DNA of 64,000 nt from Nitrospirota bacterium. GTDB lineage: Bacteria > Nitrospirota > Nitrospiria > 2-01-FULL-66-17. The stretch is from positions 256,001 to 320,000 of the forward strand of contig JBMOMC010000001.1 in the NCBI GenBank assembly GCA_049325335.1, given 5' to 3'. Position numbers and translations under genes: made by a program. Below, one piece after another: positions 19,551-28,529 of this stretch; positions within the stretch are counted from its first letter, which is position 1; the number at the start of each line of letters is the position of its first letter. The notes under the pieces are model-generated. The model searched no databases, was not told the origin of the DNA, and saw only the letters and a program-made list of their open reading frames with translations.

Positions 19551-20210
19551 ATGATTCTTCCGAAACGCTCCGTGGCCAGGCACATCGGGCGAGCATGGTT
19601 TGCCGTAGTGATCCTAGGGTTTGTCTTGACTGGTCCTCTCAAAGCGTCGGCGACCTTTCAGTACACGGACGAGGCGGGGACGATCCACTTCACGGATGAC
19701 CCGGGACAGATTCCGGAACCGATTCGAAAGCGCATGGGAATCTGGGTCGAACCACCCGCGAAACCGCCGGAGGCAAACCTGCGCCTGAAATTTTCGGAGC
19801 CTCTGCCCGCGCCGGATCCGGTCGAAGTCACACCCGCAGAACCTTCACTCTGGGAACAGGTCGTCCCCACGAACATCCGTTCGCCGTGGGTGCCCGGCCT
19901 GATCGGCCTCGCTATGGCCGGAGGCCTTCTCGTGGCGCTGCGCGCCAGCAAGCAGCCGACGTCCCGCATCGCGTGCAAGACGGCCCTCGTACTCGTCATC
20001 GCCGCCAGCGCCACGGTCACCGCAATGGCCGCGCTCGCCGAACGAGGCTCATCGCTACCAGAGGCGATCACCGAAGCCGAAACCACCATCGATCACTGGG
20101 AATCGCGCGTCACCTCCCCGCTTCAGGACGCGGAGCGTCGGGCCAAAGAAATCGGCCAGGCAAAACGCGAATACCAGGAAACGATCAAACAGCTCGAAGC
20201 CCTTCCGTAG
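19551..20210 (+). CDS. DUF4124-domain membrane protein
   Basis: Signal peptide; FQYTDEAGTIHFTDDP; two TM helices; C-terminal coiled coil. Confidence 0.75.
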   Translation: MILPKRSVARHIGRAWFAVVILGFVLTGPLKASATFQYTDEAGTIHFTDDPGQIPEPIRKRMGIWVEPPAKPPEANLRLKFSEPLPAPDPVEVTPAEPSLWEQVVPTNIRSPWVPGLIGLAMAGGLLVALRASKQPTSRIACKTALVLVIAASATVTAMAALAERGSSLPEAITEAETTIDHWESRVTSPLQDAERRAKEIGQAKREYQETIKQLEALP

Positions 20211-20292
20211 GCTCGACGCCCCCCCGCGTCGCGCGCCATTCGAGACGTCGCTCTTGTACCAAAATAAATCTCTCCCGATTTCTCCAGGTCGG

Positions 20293-20450
20293 CGGTTTCC
20301 AGATAACCTTGCCTTCCAACTGACGGCGGACGAAGTTGCCGACTTGAGGTCGCACATTGCGATCTCAAGTTCGGAGAGCGCCTGTGATCCGACCACGTGG
20401 TCCAGACAGCAAACATCGTGAGACGAACTGGTCGCAATTTGAGAACCAGA
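20293..20450 (+). pseudogene. Fragment of an ORF6N-domain (phage/mobile DNA-binding) gene
   Basis: RFPDNLAFQLTADEVADLRSHIAISS resembles the ORF6N core RFPxDFxFQLTxEExxxLRSQxxxS; NWSQF appears in another frame; no start codon, in-frame stop. Confidence 0.6.
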
Positions 20451-20453
20451 CCA

Positions 20454-20557
20454 GGGACGGTCCCAGCTAAACAAGAAATGTCCTAGGTCTTTTGCGAAAG
20501 GGCTTTCGCTCGGCAGCTCGTTGACGAAGAAATTAGTTACTTACTTGGGACCGTCCC
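20454..20557. repeat. 104-bp element bounded by inverted GGGACGGTCCCA motifs (REP/MITE-like)
   Basis: GGGACGGTCCCA at 20454 and TGGGACCGTCCC at 20546, with imperfect further complementarity inward. Confidence 0.55.
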
Positions 20558-20666
20558 CAATCGGTTCGCTGATGATCTTCGAGAAGACTACCGGGCCACT
20601 CCCGTATACACTCACAAAAACGCGGTTTCAACCCGGTTATCCGCCTTTGGGGGAGAGGAATTTGGT

Positions 20667-21602
20667 GTGCCACTAAAATGTGACGCCTGTGGTTGTTCGT
20701 CTGAATTCGAGCAGACATTCCGAACTCGTCGCGCCGGCCTTCGTATGCAGTCGGTACTCCTGTGCCCAGCATGTTGGTCAAATGATTACATCGCAAGGTT
20801 CAAGACCACTCTTGGCATGATTGCGGCTGCATTCGTCGGTGGCCTAATTCTCCACTACACTGACACATCAGACTCCTTAGGGATAGGGCTAATCAACATT
20901 GGCCTGGTCTATCTTTTTATGTTGGTCATGGTAATCCCACACGAGTTAGGCCACGCAATTGCTGCAAGGATCGTCGGCTTCCGAGTCTTCAAGGTGGTCA
21001 TCGGATATGGACCCATCCTCTTAACGCGCAAATATCTGGGATGGCAATGGGAGTTCAGGCCTCTGCCTATCGGGGGTGTTACCGTGGCCGCATCACCTTT
21101 GCCGCGGTTGTATCGAACGCGAGAATTCCTTTTGGTCCTTGCCGGGCCATTAGTAAACGTGATCTTTGCGGTGGCCCCGTTTTGGCTCGGGCAAAAAATC
21201 GGGAGTTCCAACCGGCTAGGGTTCTGGGAGGCGTCCCTGCTAATCGACCTCGCGCTGGCGAACATTCTCTTGCTTGTAATGAACCTCTGGCCGCGAAAGC
21301 TACCGACCACCACCGGCATCATCGACAGCGATGGACTGGCACTCCTCACGGTCCCATTCAGCTCCCAGAAAACGGTTGAGGAAGGCCTCGCGACGTACTA
21401 TCGGCTGGCATCCAACGAGCTCCTTCGACGGAACCAGTTCGGGCAGGCCATCCAACAATGCGAACAAGGTCTCGTACACTTTCCTGACTCTGAACCTCTC
21501 CGGAAACAGATGGGCCTTGTTCTGTTGGTTATGAATGAAATCGACAAAACTCGTCAATTAGGCAGGAAACAGAAATCAATAGCGCCAGTGCCTGACCCGT
21601 AA
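20667..21602 (+). CDS. Site-2 protease (M50) family membrane metalloprotease with N-terminal CxxC..CxxC and C-terminal TPR-like helices
   Basis: HELGH, LAGPLVN, NLWP..DSDG; CDACGC/CPAC; GGAGAGG RBS; codon usage less GC-rich than the flanks. Confidence 0.8.
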   Translation: MPLKCDACGCSSEFEQTFRTRRAGLRMQSVLLCPACWSNDYIARFKTTLGMIAAAFVGGLILHYTDTSDSLGIGLINIGLVYLFMLVMVIPHELGHAIAARIVGFRVFKVVIGYGPILLTRKYLGWQWEFRPLPIGGVTVAASPLPRLYRTREFLLVLAGPLVNVIFAVAPFWLGQKIGSSNRLGFWEASLLIDLALANILLLVMNLWPRKLPTTTGIIDSDGLALLTVPFSSQKTVEEGLATYYRLASNELLRRNQFGQAIQQCEQGLVHFPDSEPLRKQMGLVLLVMNEIDKTRQLGRKQKSIAPVPDP

Positions 21603-21777
21603 AAGCCGCCCGCGTTTCGCCGCCCTTTAGGTATCTCGCCTGAGCATGATGTCGTCCCAAGCCACGGGTTGACCACCCGAAACTACCTGCAAGGCGGTCG
21701 GACTTGATTTTCGCGTGACGCGCCTGCTAGTCTGCGCCGGGCGTATGATGGACTTTTCGCTGTATTCCGGCGCTGCG

Positions 21778-22446
21778 GTGCGCCGCGCGATGGTTGTCCT
21801 CGGGTTGGCCGTGGTGCTCGCGGCCTGCGCGGGCAAGAAGGACGATCCCGCGCTCAAGCCGCTGCTCGCCCTTACCGATTTGCAGTATGACGCCGGGGTC
21901 ATTATGACCAAGGCCGAGGCGTTATACGACGAGAAGAAGTGGGACGAGGCGATTCCGGAATACGAGCGCTTTCTGGAACTGCACCCGGTGCATCGCTGGG
22001 CGCCGCACGCGCAGTTCAAACTCGCGCTCTGTTACACCCAGCGAATTCCCAAGGTCGGACGCGACCCCTCGATCGCGGAAAAGGCCGAGGCCGCGTACGA
22101 ACGGGTGTTGTCGTATTCGGACACCCGATACGCGGAGGTCGCGCGCGCCAAACTCGCCGACGTGCGCACGCACCGCGCCCAGTCGGATCTGGAAATCGGA
22201 CGGTTTTATCATAAGCAGGGCAAGTACCCCGCCGCGATCATTCGGTTCCAGAAGGTGATCGACACCAAGCTCGGCGGTGCCGTGACCGAAGAGGCTTCGT
22301 ATTACCTGGCGTTGTCCTACGAGCGCGACGGGCAACCGGAGCTGGCAAGCCGGGCCGCGCAGTCGCTCGTGGACGCGTTTCCGAACACCCGCTACGCCAA
22401 GGCCGTCGCCAAACTCCGGGCGCGCCTGACGTCCAGTGCCAACTAA
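21778..22446 (+). CDS. bamD: Outer-membrane protein assembly factor BamD (lipoprotein)
   Basis: Lipobox LAAC; TPRs; RFLELHP, GRDPS, LEIGRFY..GKYPAAIIRF. Start approximate. Confidence 0.85.
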   Translation: MRRAMVVLGLAVVLAACAGKKDDPALKPLLALTDLQYDAGVIMTKAEALYDEKKWDEAIPEYERFLELHPVHRWAPHAQFKLALCYTQRIPKVGRDPSIAEKAEAAYERVLSYSDTRYAEVARAKLADVRTHRAQSDLEIGRFYHKQGKYPAAIIRFQKVIDTKLGGAVTEEASYYLALSYERDGQPELASRAAQSLVDAFPNTRYAKAVAKLRARLTSSAN

Positions 22447-23155
22447 CGCCCGGTACTACCCCGCCATGCTGAACTTGGAGGACCGCGCCGTGGTGGTGAT
22501 CGGCGGCGGCGTGATTGCGACCCGCAAGGTGGCGGAGTTGCTCGCGAGCGGCGCCCGCGTCACCGTGATCAGCCCGACCGTGAGCCCCCGCGTGGCGCGA
22601 TGGGCGCGCGAAGGCCGCCTGCGACTTCGTCGCCGCGCGTACCGGAGCGGCGACCTGAAAGGCTCGCGCCTAGCCGTGGCCGCCACGTCCGACCCCGGTG
22701 AACAGACGCGGATCGCACAGGAGGCCCAGACCACGCTGACGTGGGTGAACGTGGTGGATCAACCCGAGCACTGCGACTTTGTGGCCCCGGCCGTGGTGCG
22801 GCGCGGCGATCTGACGATCGCGGTCTCAACCGGCGGACACAACCCCGCGCTCGCGCGCTGGCTCAAACAGGAACTGGCCGCGACCGTGGGGCCCGAATAC
22901 GGCCGCCTGACCGCGCTGCTCGCCGCGGTCCGCCTCGCGCTGCGCGAGCACGGCGCGCCGATGACGACGCGGCGACGATTGGTCGATCAGCTCATGGCCG
23001 CGGGCTTGTTGGAGCGCGTGCGCGCGAACGATCGCCACGGCATCCTCCGCCTGATTCGTCGCGTCACCGGCCTGCCCACGTTCACCGCGCCAACCCCATC
23101 CACCCGAACCGGACGGAGCGCACATGTCTCCACGCACGCCGCGATCATTCGATAA
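22436..23155 (+). CDS. Precorrin-2 dehydrogenase / sirohydrochlorin ferrochelatase (CysG N-terminal, SirC/Met8-like)
   Basis: VVIGGGVIATRK, NVVDQPEHCDF..PAVVRRGDLTIAVSTGG. Confidence 0.92.
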   Translation: MPTNARYYPAMLNLEDRAVVVIGGGVIATRKVAELLASGARVTVISPTVSPRVARWAREGRLRLRRRAYRSGDLKGSRLAVAATSDPGEQTRIAQEAQTTLTWVNVVDQPEHCDFVAPAVVRRGDLTIAVSTGGHNPALARWLKQELAATVGPEYGRLTALLAAVRLALREHGAPMTTRRRLVDQLMAAGLLERVRANDRHGILRLIRRVTGLPTFTAPTPSTRTGRSAHVSTHAAIIR

Positions 23156-23321
23156 AGCACTCTATTACGTGGGACGCGGCGTCCAGCTCGTGGGGCTGCT
23201 GATCACGCTCAACGTGGTGGTCTTATTTTTCTTCCCGGAATACAAGATGGGGCCATTGCTGCAACTCACCGCCGTGGGGGTGATCACGTTTTTTGTGGGC
23301 TGGTTAATCCAGGCCAGGTAA
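23124..23321 (+). CDS. Small hypothetical membrane protein (2 TM)
   Basis: GGAG RBS; two hydrophobic helices; fills the gap before the convergent gene. Confidence 0.6.
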   Translation: MSPRTPRSFDKALYYVGRGVQLVGLLITLNVVVLFFFPEYKMGPLLQLTAVGVITFFVGWLIQAR

Positions 23322-23330
23322 CGCGTTCTC

Positions 23331-24497
23331 TTATCGCATAAACAGCGATGAGACCCGGCTGGCCACCGCCGCCGGCGCCAGGCGGATGGCGTGACGTTTG
23401 AGACGAGACCACAGCGCCCGGAACGAGGACTCCCCGCGTAACACGTCGTACATCCAGCCCACCACCTCGGGGTGGGCCCGCATCGCGTCGTACCACAGCC
23501 GTGGGTGCCCATAGGCGATCGCCGCGAGACGCGCGGTGACCGCGAGTTCCGGCGCCAGAGCGTTGCGCACCCATTGCTCGTATTCGTGTAAGTTGATCGC
23601 GCCGTTCGCAAGTTGACGGCCGATGGTTCGGCCGAGATGTTGCCCGCTGAGCACGCCGAAGTAAATGCCCTCGCCGAAAAACGGGTCCACCAACCGCGCC
23701 GCGTCGCCGACCAGACCGATGCGTTGTGACGCGACGCGAAATGTCGCGGTGAATACCGGGATCGGATGGCCGATCGGCGGCGGAATCGCCTGCTCGCGAA
23801 GCGCGGGCTGGCGTTCCATCGCCAGGTGATACCGTTGTTTGGGCCGAGGCTCCGCGCCGTAAAATCCCGCGACCCCGACCGACACGCCCCGCCGCTTGGG
23901 AAACACCCAGCCGTACCCGCCGGGCACGGCCCCCATTTCCAAAACCGCGCGCGGCGGCGCGGCCGCGCCGGACACCTCGGCCTCCAGTCCGTACACGCCG
24001 CGGAGCGCGTGGTCGGGGTTCAGACGTTTGGCCAGACGGCTGTGCGCGCCGTCCGCGCCCACCAAGCAGCGCGCCTGATACGCCCCGCGCGCGGTCCGCA
24101 CGTGAACGCCGGAGTCGGCCTCTTCGCGCACCTCGATCGCGGGCTCCCCGTACCGAACGTCCGCGCCCGCGGCCGCGGCCCGATCCGCGAGCCACGCGTC
24201 GAACCGATCACGCATGACAAACCGCGCCAGCGGCCCGTCGGCATCCACGCTGAACGCCTCGGCCCCGCGGTACACGAACTCCATGCCCCGCACCGAGGCT
24301 TCGACGGTTTCGTGGTAGACGGTCCCGATCACGCGGTCCAGTCGGGCCGACAACCCGCCGCCGCACACCTTGTATCGTGGAAACCGCTCGCGTTCGAGCA
24401 CCAAGACGGTTCGCCCCGCGGCCGCAATTTCGTACGCGGCGGACGCGCCCGCTGGTCCGCCCCCCACGACAATCGCGTCATATGTAGATGTCTTCAT
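23331..24497 (-). CDS. Geranylgeranyl reductase family FAD-dependent oxidoreductase
   Basis: VVGGGPAGA, FPRYKVCGGG, GADGAHS, GGYGWVFPK, LVGDAARLVDPFFGEGI. Confidence 0.9.
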   Translation of the reverse strand: MKTSTYDAIVVGGGPAGASAAYEIAAAGRTVLVLERERFPRYKVCGGGLSARLDRVIGTVYHETVEASVRGMEFVYRGAEAFSVDADGPLARFVMRDRFDAWLADRAAAAGADVRYGEPAIEVREEADSGVHVRTARGAYQARCLVGADGAHSRLAKRLNPDHALRGVYGLEAEVSGAAAPPRAVLEMGAVPGGYGWVFPKRRGVSVGVAGFYGAEPRPKQRYHLAMERQPALREQAIPPPIGHPIPVFTATFRVASQRIGLVGDAARLVDPFFGEGIYFGVLSGQHLGRTIGRQLANGAINLHEYEQWVRNALAPELAVTARLAAIAYGHPRLWYDAMRAHPEVVGWMYDVLRGESSFRALWSRLKRHAIRLAPAAVASRVSSLFMR

Positions 24498-24517
24498 ACC
24501 GGGAAAATGACGTCAGA

Positions 24518-24648
24518 GCAGAGTGTCGAAAAAGTCTTGAGCGTGGTTCGACAGGCTCACCACGAACGGAACAATTGATGAATTTTATTGCTCCATCCGT
24601 TCGTCCTGAGCTCGTCGAAGGACGTCCACAGATTTTCCAGCGGCCTGC
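24518..24648. repeat. MITE/REP-like palindromic element
   Basis: Inner inverted pair TTCGACAGGCTCACCACGAACGG ... CCGTTCGTCCTGAGCTCGTCGAA around an AT-rich spacer; outer imperfect inverted ends GCAGAGTGTCGAAAAAGTC / GATTTTCCAGCGGCCTGC. Confidence 0.7.
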
Positions 24649-24671
24649 CAGCCGTGGCTCGGTGCGTCAGA

Positions 24672-25412
24672 CTACTGGCCGATGGACCAGCCAATCCCAT
24701 TTTTCGTCAAAAACGAACTCAACATGGAGAGCGAGTTCGTGACGATCAGGATGCCGACCGCAACCAAGAATACGCCGCTGAATTTGGTGATGACCGGAAA
24801 ATACGGGCCGATGGTTTTCATCCGCGTCAGGAAGGTATTAAACCCCAACGCGGTCACCAGCAGCGGCAGACCCAAGCCGACCGAATACACGGTCAGCAAT
24901 TGGACCCCCTCCCAGAGCGAGTGCCGGGTGCTCGCGTAAAGCAGGATGGAGCCCAAAATCGGCCCCACGCACGGCGTCCAACCCGCGGCGAACGCCAGGC
25001 CCACCACGTACGCGCCCAGGTAGCCGGCGGGACGGCCTTGCAAGTGCAGACGTTTATCCGCGGCCAGGGCGGGCAGATTAAAGACCCCCATCACATACAG
25101 GCCGAAAAAGATGATGAACGCGCCGCCGACCCATCGCAACAATTTTTGGTGCGTGAGCACCACCTGCCCCATCAACGACGCGGACGCGCCGAACAGAATG
25201 AACACCGTGGAAAACCCGGCGATGAACAACAAGGACATGATCAACGTGGTCCATTTCACGCGATACCGATCCGTGCCGCGCGTCAATTCGTCGAACGACA
25301 GTCCCGTGACGAAGGACACGTACGCGGGCACCAACGGCAACACGCAGGGCGAGACAAACGAGAGGAACCCGGCGGAAAACGCAATGGCCATCGACGGCGC
25401 GGACGCGTCCAT
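24672..25412 (-). CDS. ccdA: Cytochrome c biogenesis protein CcdA
   Basis: AGFLSFVSPCVLPLVPAY and GWTPCVGPILG. Confidence 0.93.
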   Translation of the reverse strand: MDASAPSMAIAFSAGFLSFVSPCVLPLVPAYVSFVTGLSFDELTRGTDRYRVKWTTLIMSLLFIAGFSTVFILFGASASLMGQVVLTHQKLLRWVGGAFIIFFGLYVMGVFNLPALAADKRLHLQGRPAGYLGAYVVGLAFAAGWTPCVGPILGSILLYASTRHSLWEGVQLLTVYSVGLGLPLLVTALGFNTFLTRMKTIGPYFPVITKFSGVFLVAVGILIVTNSLSMLSSFLTKNGIGWSIGQ

Positions 25413-25416
25413 TCGC

Positions 25417-26061
25417 CTACTCGCGGATGCCGGAACCGGTCCCGGACGGCGGATTCCCGCCGGCGCCCGGGGTGGTCGGCGGGGCCGGAGCCCCGCCCGA
25501 CTCCGCCACCAACACACGCACCAATTCGCGGTTTTTCGGCGTGTTCCAGTCCATGGCGCCGAAAAATTTGTGCCGAATCACGCCCCGGCGATCCAACACC
25601 ATGCTGGTCGGGAGCGATCGGATTTCGAATTGATCGTTCACCCGCATCTCGGGGTCGAGCAGGATGGGAAACGTGAGGCCGAAGGAGTCCATGAACGGTT
25701 GGACGATCTGCGCGCCCTCATAATCCGTCGAAATGCCGACCACCAGGAAATCCTGCGAGGGAAACTGGTGCGACAACGCTTCCAATGACGGCATCTCGGC
25801 CCGGCACGGGCCGCACCACGTGGCCCAAAAATTCAGCAGGAGGACCTTGCCGCGAAATTCGCTCAAGGTCGAGACCCCGCCGTCCAGTCGCTCCAGCGCG
25901 AACTGCGGCGCCTGAAACCCGACGCGCGTGCCTTCACGCACCGCGGGCGCCTTGGCCTCCGCCAGCGGCGCGGCGGCCGGAGACGGCTCGCACCCCGCCA
26001 GTGCCGCCGCCAGCAACGCGCCGAGCAGCCGCAAATCCGGCGCGTTGGGTCGTCGCCGCAT
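25417..26061 (-). CDS. TlpA/ResA-family thiol:disulfide oxidoreductase lipoprotein (C-terminal part of the 25417-26334 ORF)
   Basis: MRRR..LLAAALAGC lipoprotein signal; LLNFWATWCGPCRAEMP; LPTSMVLD. Confidence 0.88.
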   Translation of the reverse strand: MRRRPNAPDLRLLGALLAAALAGCEPSPAAAPLAEAKAPAVREGTRVGFQAPQFALERLDGGVSTLSEFRGKVLLLNFWATWCGPCRAEMPSLEALSHQFPSQDFLVVGISTDYEGAQIVQPFMDSFGLTFPILLDPEMRVNDQFEIRSLPTSMVLDRRGVIRHKFFGAMDWNTPKNRELVRVLVAESGGAPAPPTTPGAGGNPPSGTGSGIRE

Positions 26062-26334
26062 GTGGTCGGTCGCCGGTTCCGCCGGCCGCATCCACGAGCC
26101 GTCCGGCGACAGATAGCCGTCGCGAATGGCCTCCTCGAGAACGGACCGCGCGCGCGCCACGTCCTGGTCCGTCACGCTGATCCTCCGTTCGCCGAACCCA
26201 CCGATGGTCATGGGATACGGGGAAATCGTCAAATCCCGGACCACGCACGGCACGTCGTGTTCAGCGAGCAGGTCGGCGATCCGATCGGCTTCCAGCGGGT
26301 CGTAGGTCTTATAGAGTTCCACGAAGCGGTGCAT
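26062..26334 (-). CDS. DUF2007-like (PII-like fold) small domain, reading in-frame into TlpA with no stop
   Basis: ELYKTYDPLEADRIADLLAEHDVPCVVRD..GERRISV..DVARARSVL pattern; TATCAT upstream. Confidence 0.65.
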
Positions 26335-26457
26335 GTCGGGGTCAATGATAGCGAACCACCGCCGGGACCGTCAACGTGCCCGCGCCGTAGACATCGCGCG
26401 GAGCGTCCCGTATACTGGGGCGATTTATGCCGTACACCCACGTCGTTGATCTCCCGC

Positions 26458-27132
26458 GTGAGCGCCGTCCGCGTCGTTGACCTGGCCAAGGCGCATGGGC
26501 ACTACCGGGTGTTCGAGCAGGTGTCGTTCGAACTCATGTCCGGCGAGTGTCTGGCCCTCTTCGGCCCCAACGGCGCCGGGAAAACCACGCTGATCCGCAT
26601 TCTCGCCACGTTGTCGCGACCCACCGCCGGACGGTTTGAGATCCACGGGCACGACGGCGTCCGCGACAAAGACGCGGTCCGGGCGTCCTTGCTCTTATTG
26701 GCTCACGGCTCGCATCTGTACGACGAACTCGACGGGGCGGAAAATCTTCGCTTCGCGCTCGCCCTGCGCGACCTGTCCCCGACCGATCGAGATGTGAAGC
26801 TGGCGCTCGACCGCGTGGGCATCGGCGCGTTCGCGGATCTTAAAACCCGCTACTATTCCGCGGGCATGAAGAAACGGCTGACTCTCGCCAAATCCATGCT
26901 GGTGCGCCCCAAGGTCCTGTTGCTGGACGAACCCTATACCTCGCTCGACGAAGCCGGCGTGGCCTTGGTCAACCAGCACCTGCGCGCCATCACCGGGGAC
27001 GGCGCCGCCGTGCTCATGACCACGCACGACCGCGCGCGCTCCGCGGAGGTGGCGCACCGCGCCGGCGTCCTGGACAAGGGCCGCCTTCGCGAAGTCCCGG
27101 TTGAGCGCCTGCGACACGATGTCCTTTTTTAA
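26458..27132 (+). CDS. ccmA: Heme ABC exporter ATP-binding protein
   Basis: [30 protein letters not shown]; first gene of the ccm cluster. Start approximate. Confidence 0.9.
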   Translation: MSAVRVVDLAKAHGHYRVFEQVSFELMSGECLALFGPNGAGKTTLIRILATLSRPTAGRFEIHGHDGVRDKDAVRASLLLLAHGSHLYDELDGAENLRFALALRDLSPTDRDVKLALDRVGIGAFADLKTRYYSAGMKKRLTLAKSMLVRPKVLLLDEPYTSLDEAGVALVNQHLRAITGDGAAVLMTTHDRARSAEVAHRAGVLDKGRLREVPVERLRHDVLF

Positions 27133-27796
27133 CGTCATCCGCTGGGTCGCGTGGAAGGATTTTATCAGCGAGGTTCGCAGCCGCGAGACCCTGTCGTCGA
27201 TGTTTTTCTTCGCGCTGATCGTGATCCTGGTGTTCAGTTTCAGTTTTTCGATGGACCAACAGGAGGCGCGCGAGCTCATCGCGGGCATCATGTGGGTGGC
27301 GTTCGCGTTTACCGGGATCATCGGTCTCGGCAAATCTTTCTCCGCGGAACTGCAGAACGACTGCCTGGAGCACCTTCAAATCAGCCCGACCTCCAAGGGC
27401 GCTATTTTTTTGGGCAAACTGGCTTCGAACCTCCTGTTTATGCTCGCGGTGGAAATTATTTTGTTCCCCCTGTTCGTCATCTTTTTCAATCTGGACGTGG
27501 TTGAAGCCCTTCCCGTACTTTTGTTAGTATTCGCGTTGGCCACGCTCGGGCTGTCCACGGTCGGCACGCTGTTTTCGGCCATGACGGTGCAAGTGCGGGC
27601 CCGCGAAGTCATGCTACCTATTCTCCTGCTCCCCTTGGCGGTCCCGGTCATGATCGCGGCCGTCGAATCCACCCGCGGCGCGCTCAGCGGAGACCCGGTT
27701 TCGTTGTACGGCAATTGGTTACAATTGCTGGGCGTGTTCGACATCGTGTTCACCGTCGTGTCGTTCTGGGCGTTTGAATGGATCTTGGACTCATAG
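27119..27796 (+). CDS. ccmB: Heme exporter protein B
   Basis: WKDFISEVRSRE, FSAELQNDCLE, REVMLPILLLPLAVPV. Confidence 0.93.
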   Translation: MSFFNVIRWVAWKDFISEVRSRETLSSMFFFALIVILVFSFSFSMDQQEARELIAGIMWVAFAFTGIIGLGKSFSAELQNDCLEHLQISPTSKGAIFLGKLASNLLFMLAVEIILFPLFVIFFNLDVVEALPVLLLVFALATLGLSTVGTLFSAMTVQVRAREVMLPILLLPLAVPVMIAAVESTRGALSGDPVSLYGNWLQLLGVFDIVFTVVSFWAFEWILDS

Positions 27797-27806
27797 GGAA
27801 CCTGGA

Positions 27807-28529
27807 ATGAACGCGCTCATTAAGTGGATGCAACGTTATGAGGGCTGGTTCGGCGCCGTGGGCGCGACGTGCATCGTGGCGGGGCTCTATCTGGGACTCG
27901 CGGCTTCTCCCCCCGACTATTACCAGGGCGAAGTGGTCCGCATCATGTATATCCACGTGCCGATCGTGCAGACCGCGATGCTCGCGTATTCGGTGTTGTT
28001 CGCGGGCAGTCTCTGGTATCTGTGGAAGCGCGATCCGATCGTGGACAACATGTGCCAGGCCGCGGCCGGTATCAGCGCGTTTTTGACCGCGGGCGGACTG
28101 ATCACGGGTTCCATCTGGGCCAAACCCACGTGGAACACCTGGTGGACGTGGGACGCGCGATTGGTCTCGTTCGCCGTAATGTTGATGATTCTGGCCGGGT
28201 ATTTGATGCTGCGCACGTTCGTGGACGAGCCGGAGCGCGAAGCACGGTACGCCGCGGTGCTGGCGATCGTCGGGTTCGTGGATCTGCCGATCGTGCACTT
28301 TTCCGTGGAATGGTGGCGCACGTTGCACCAGCCGCTGTCGATCTCCATGCGCGGGATCGCCATGTCGTCGGAAATCTTGCGCCCGTTGATCGTGATGAGC
28401 ATCGGGTTTTCCGTGTTGTTCGTGTACATTCTGATGGTCCGCACGCAGATGTATTACTTGACCCATCTGCTCCGAGCCAAAAAGGGGCGGCTGCTCAGCC
28501 ACGCGCACCTCTCGGATCTGCCCACGTGA
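27807..28529 (+). CDS. ccmC: Heme exporter protein C
   Basis: IMYIHVP; WWD motif GSIWAKPTWNTWWTWDARL; SVEWWRTLHQ. Confidence 0.95.
   Translation: MNALIKWMQRYEGWFGAVGATCIVAGLYLGLAASPPDYYQGEVVRIMYIHVPIVQTAMLAYSVLFAGSLWYLWKRDPIVDNMCQAAAGISAFLTAGGLITGSIWAKPTWNTWWTWDARLVSFAVMLMILAGYLMLRTFVDEPEREARYAAVLAIVGFVDLPIVHFSVEWWRTLHQPLSISMRGIAMSSEILRPLIVMSIGFSVLFVYILMVRTQMYYLTHLLRAKKGRLLSHAHLSDLPT

Noticed and set aside
22436..24497. SirC-like + geranylgeranyl reductase (+ GT2 at 42386) as a pigment or secondary-metabolite cluster
   Set aside because: The genes are convergent or far apart, and no synthase or other pathway genes are present.
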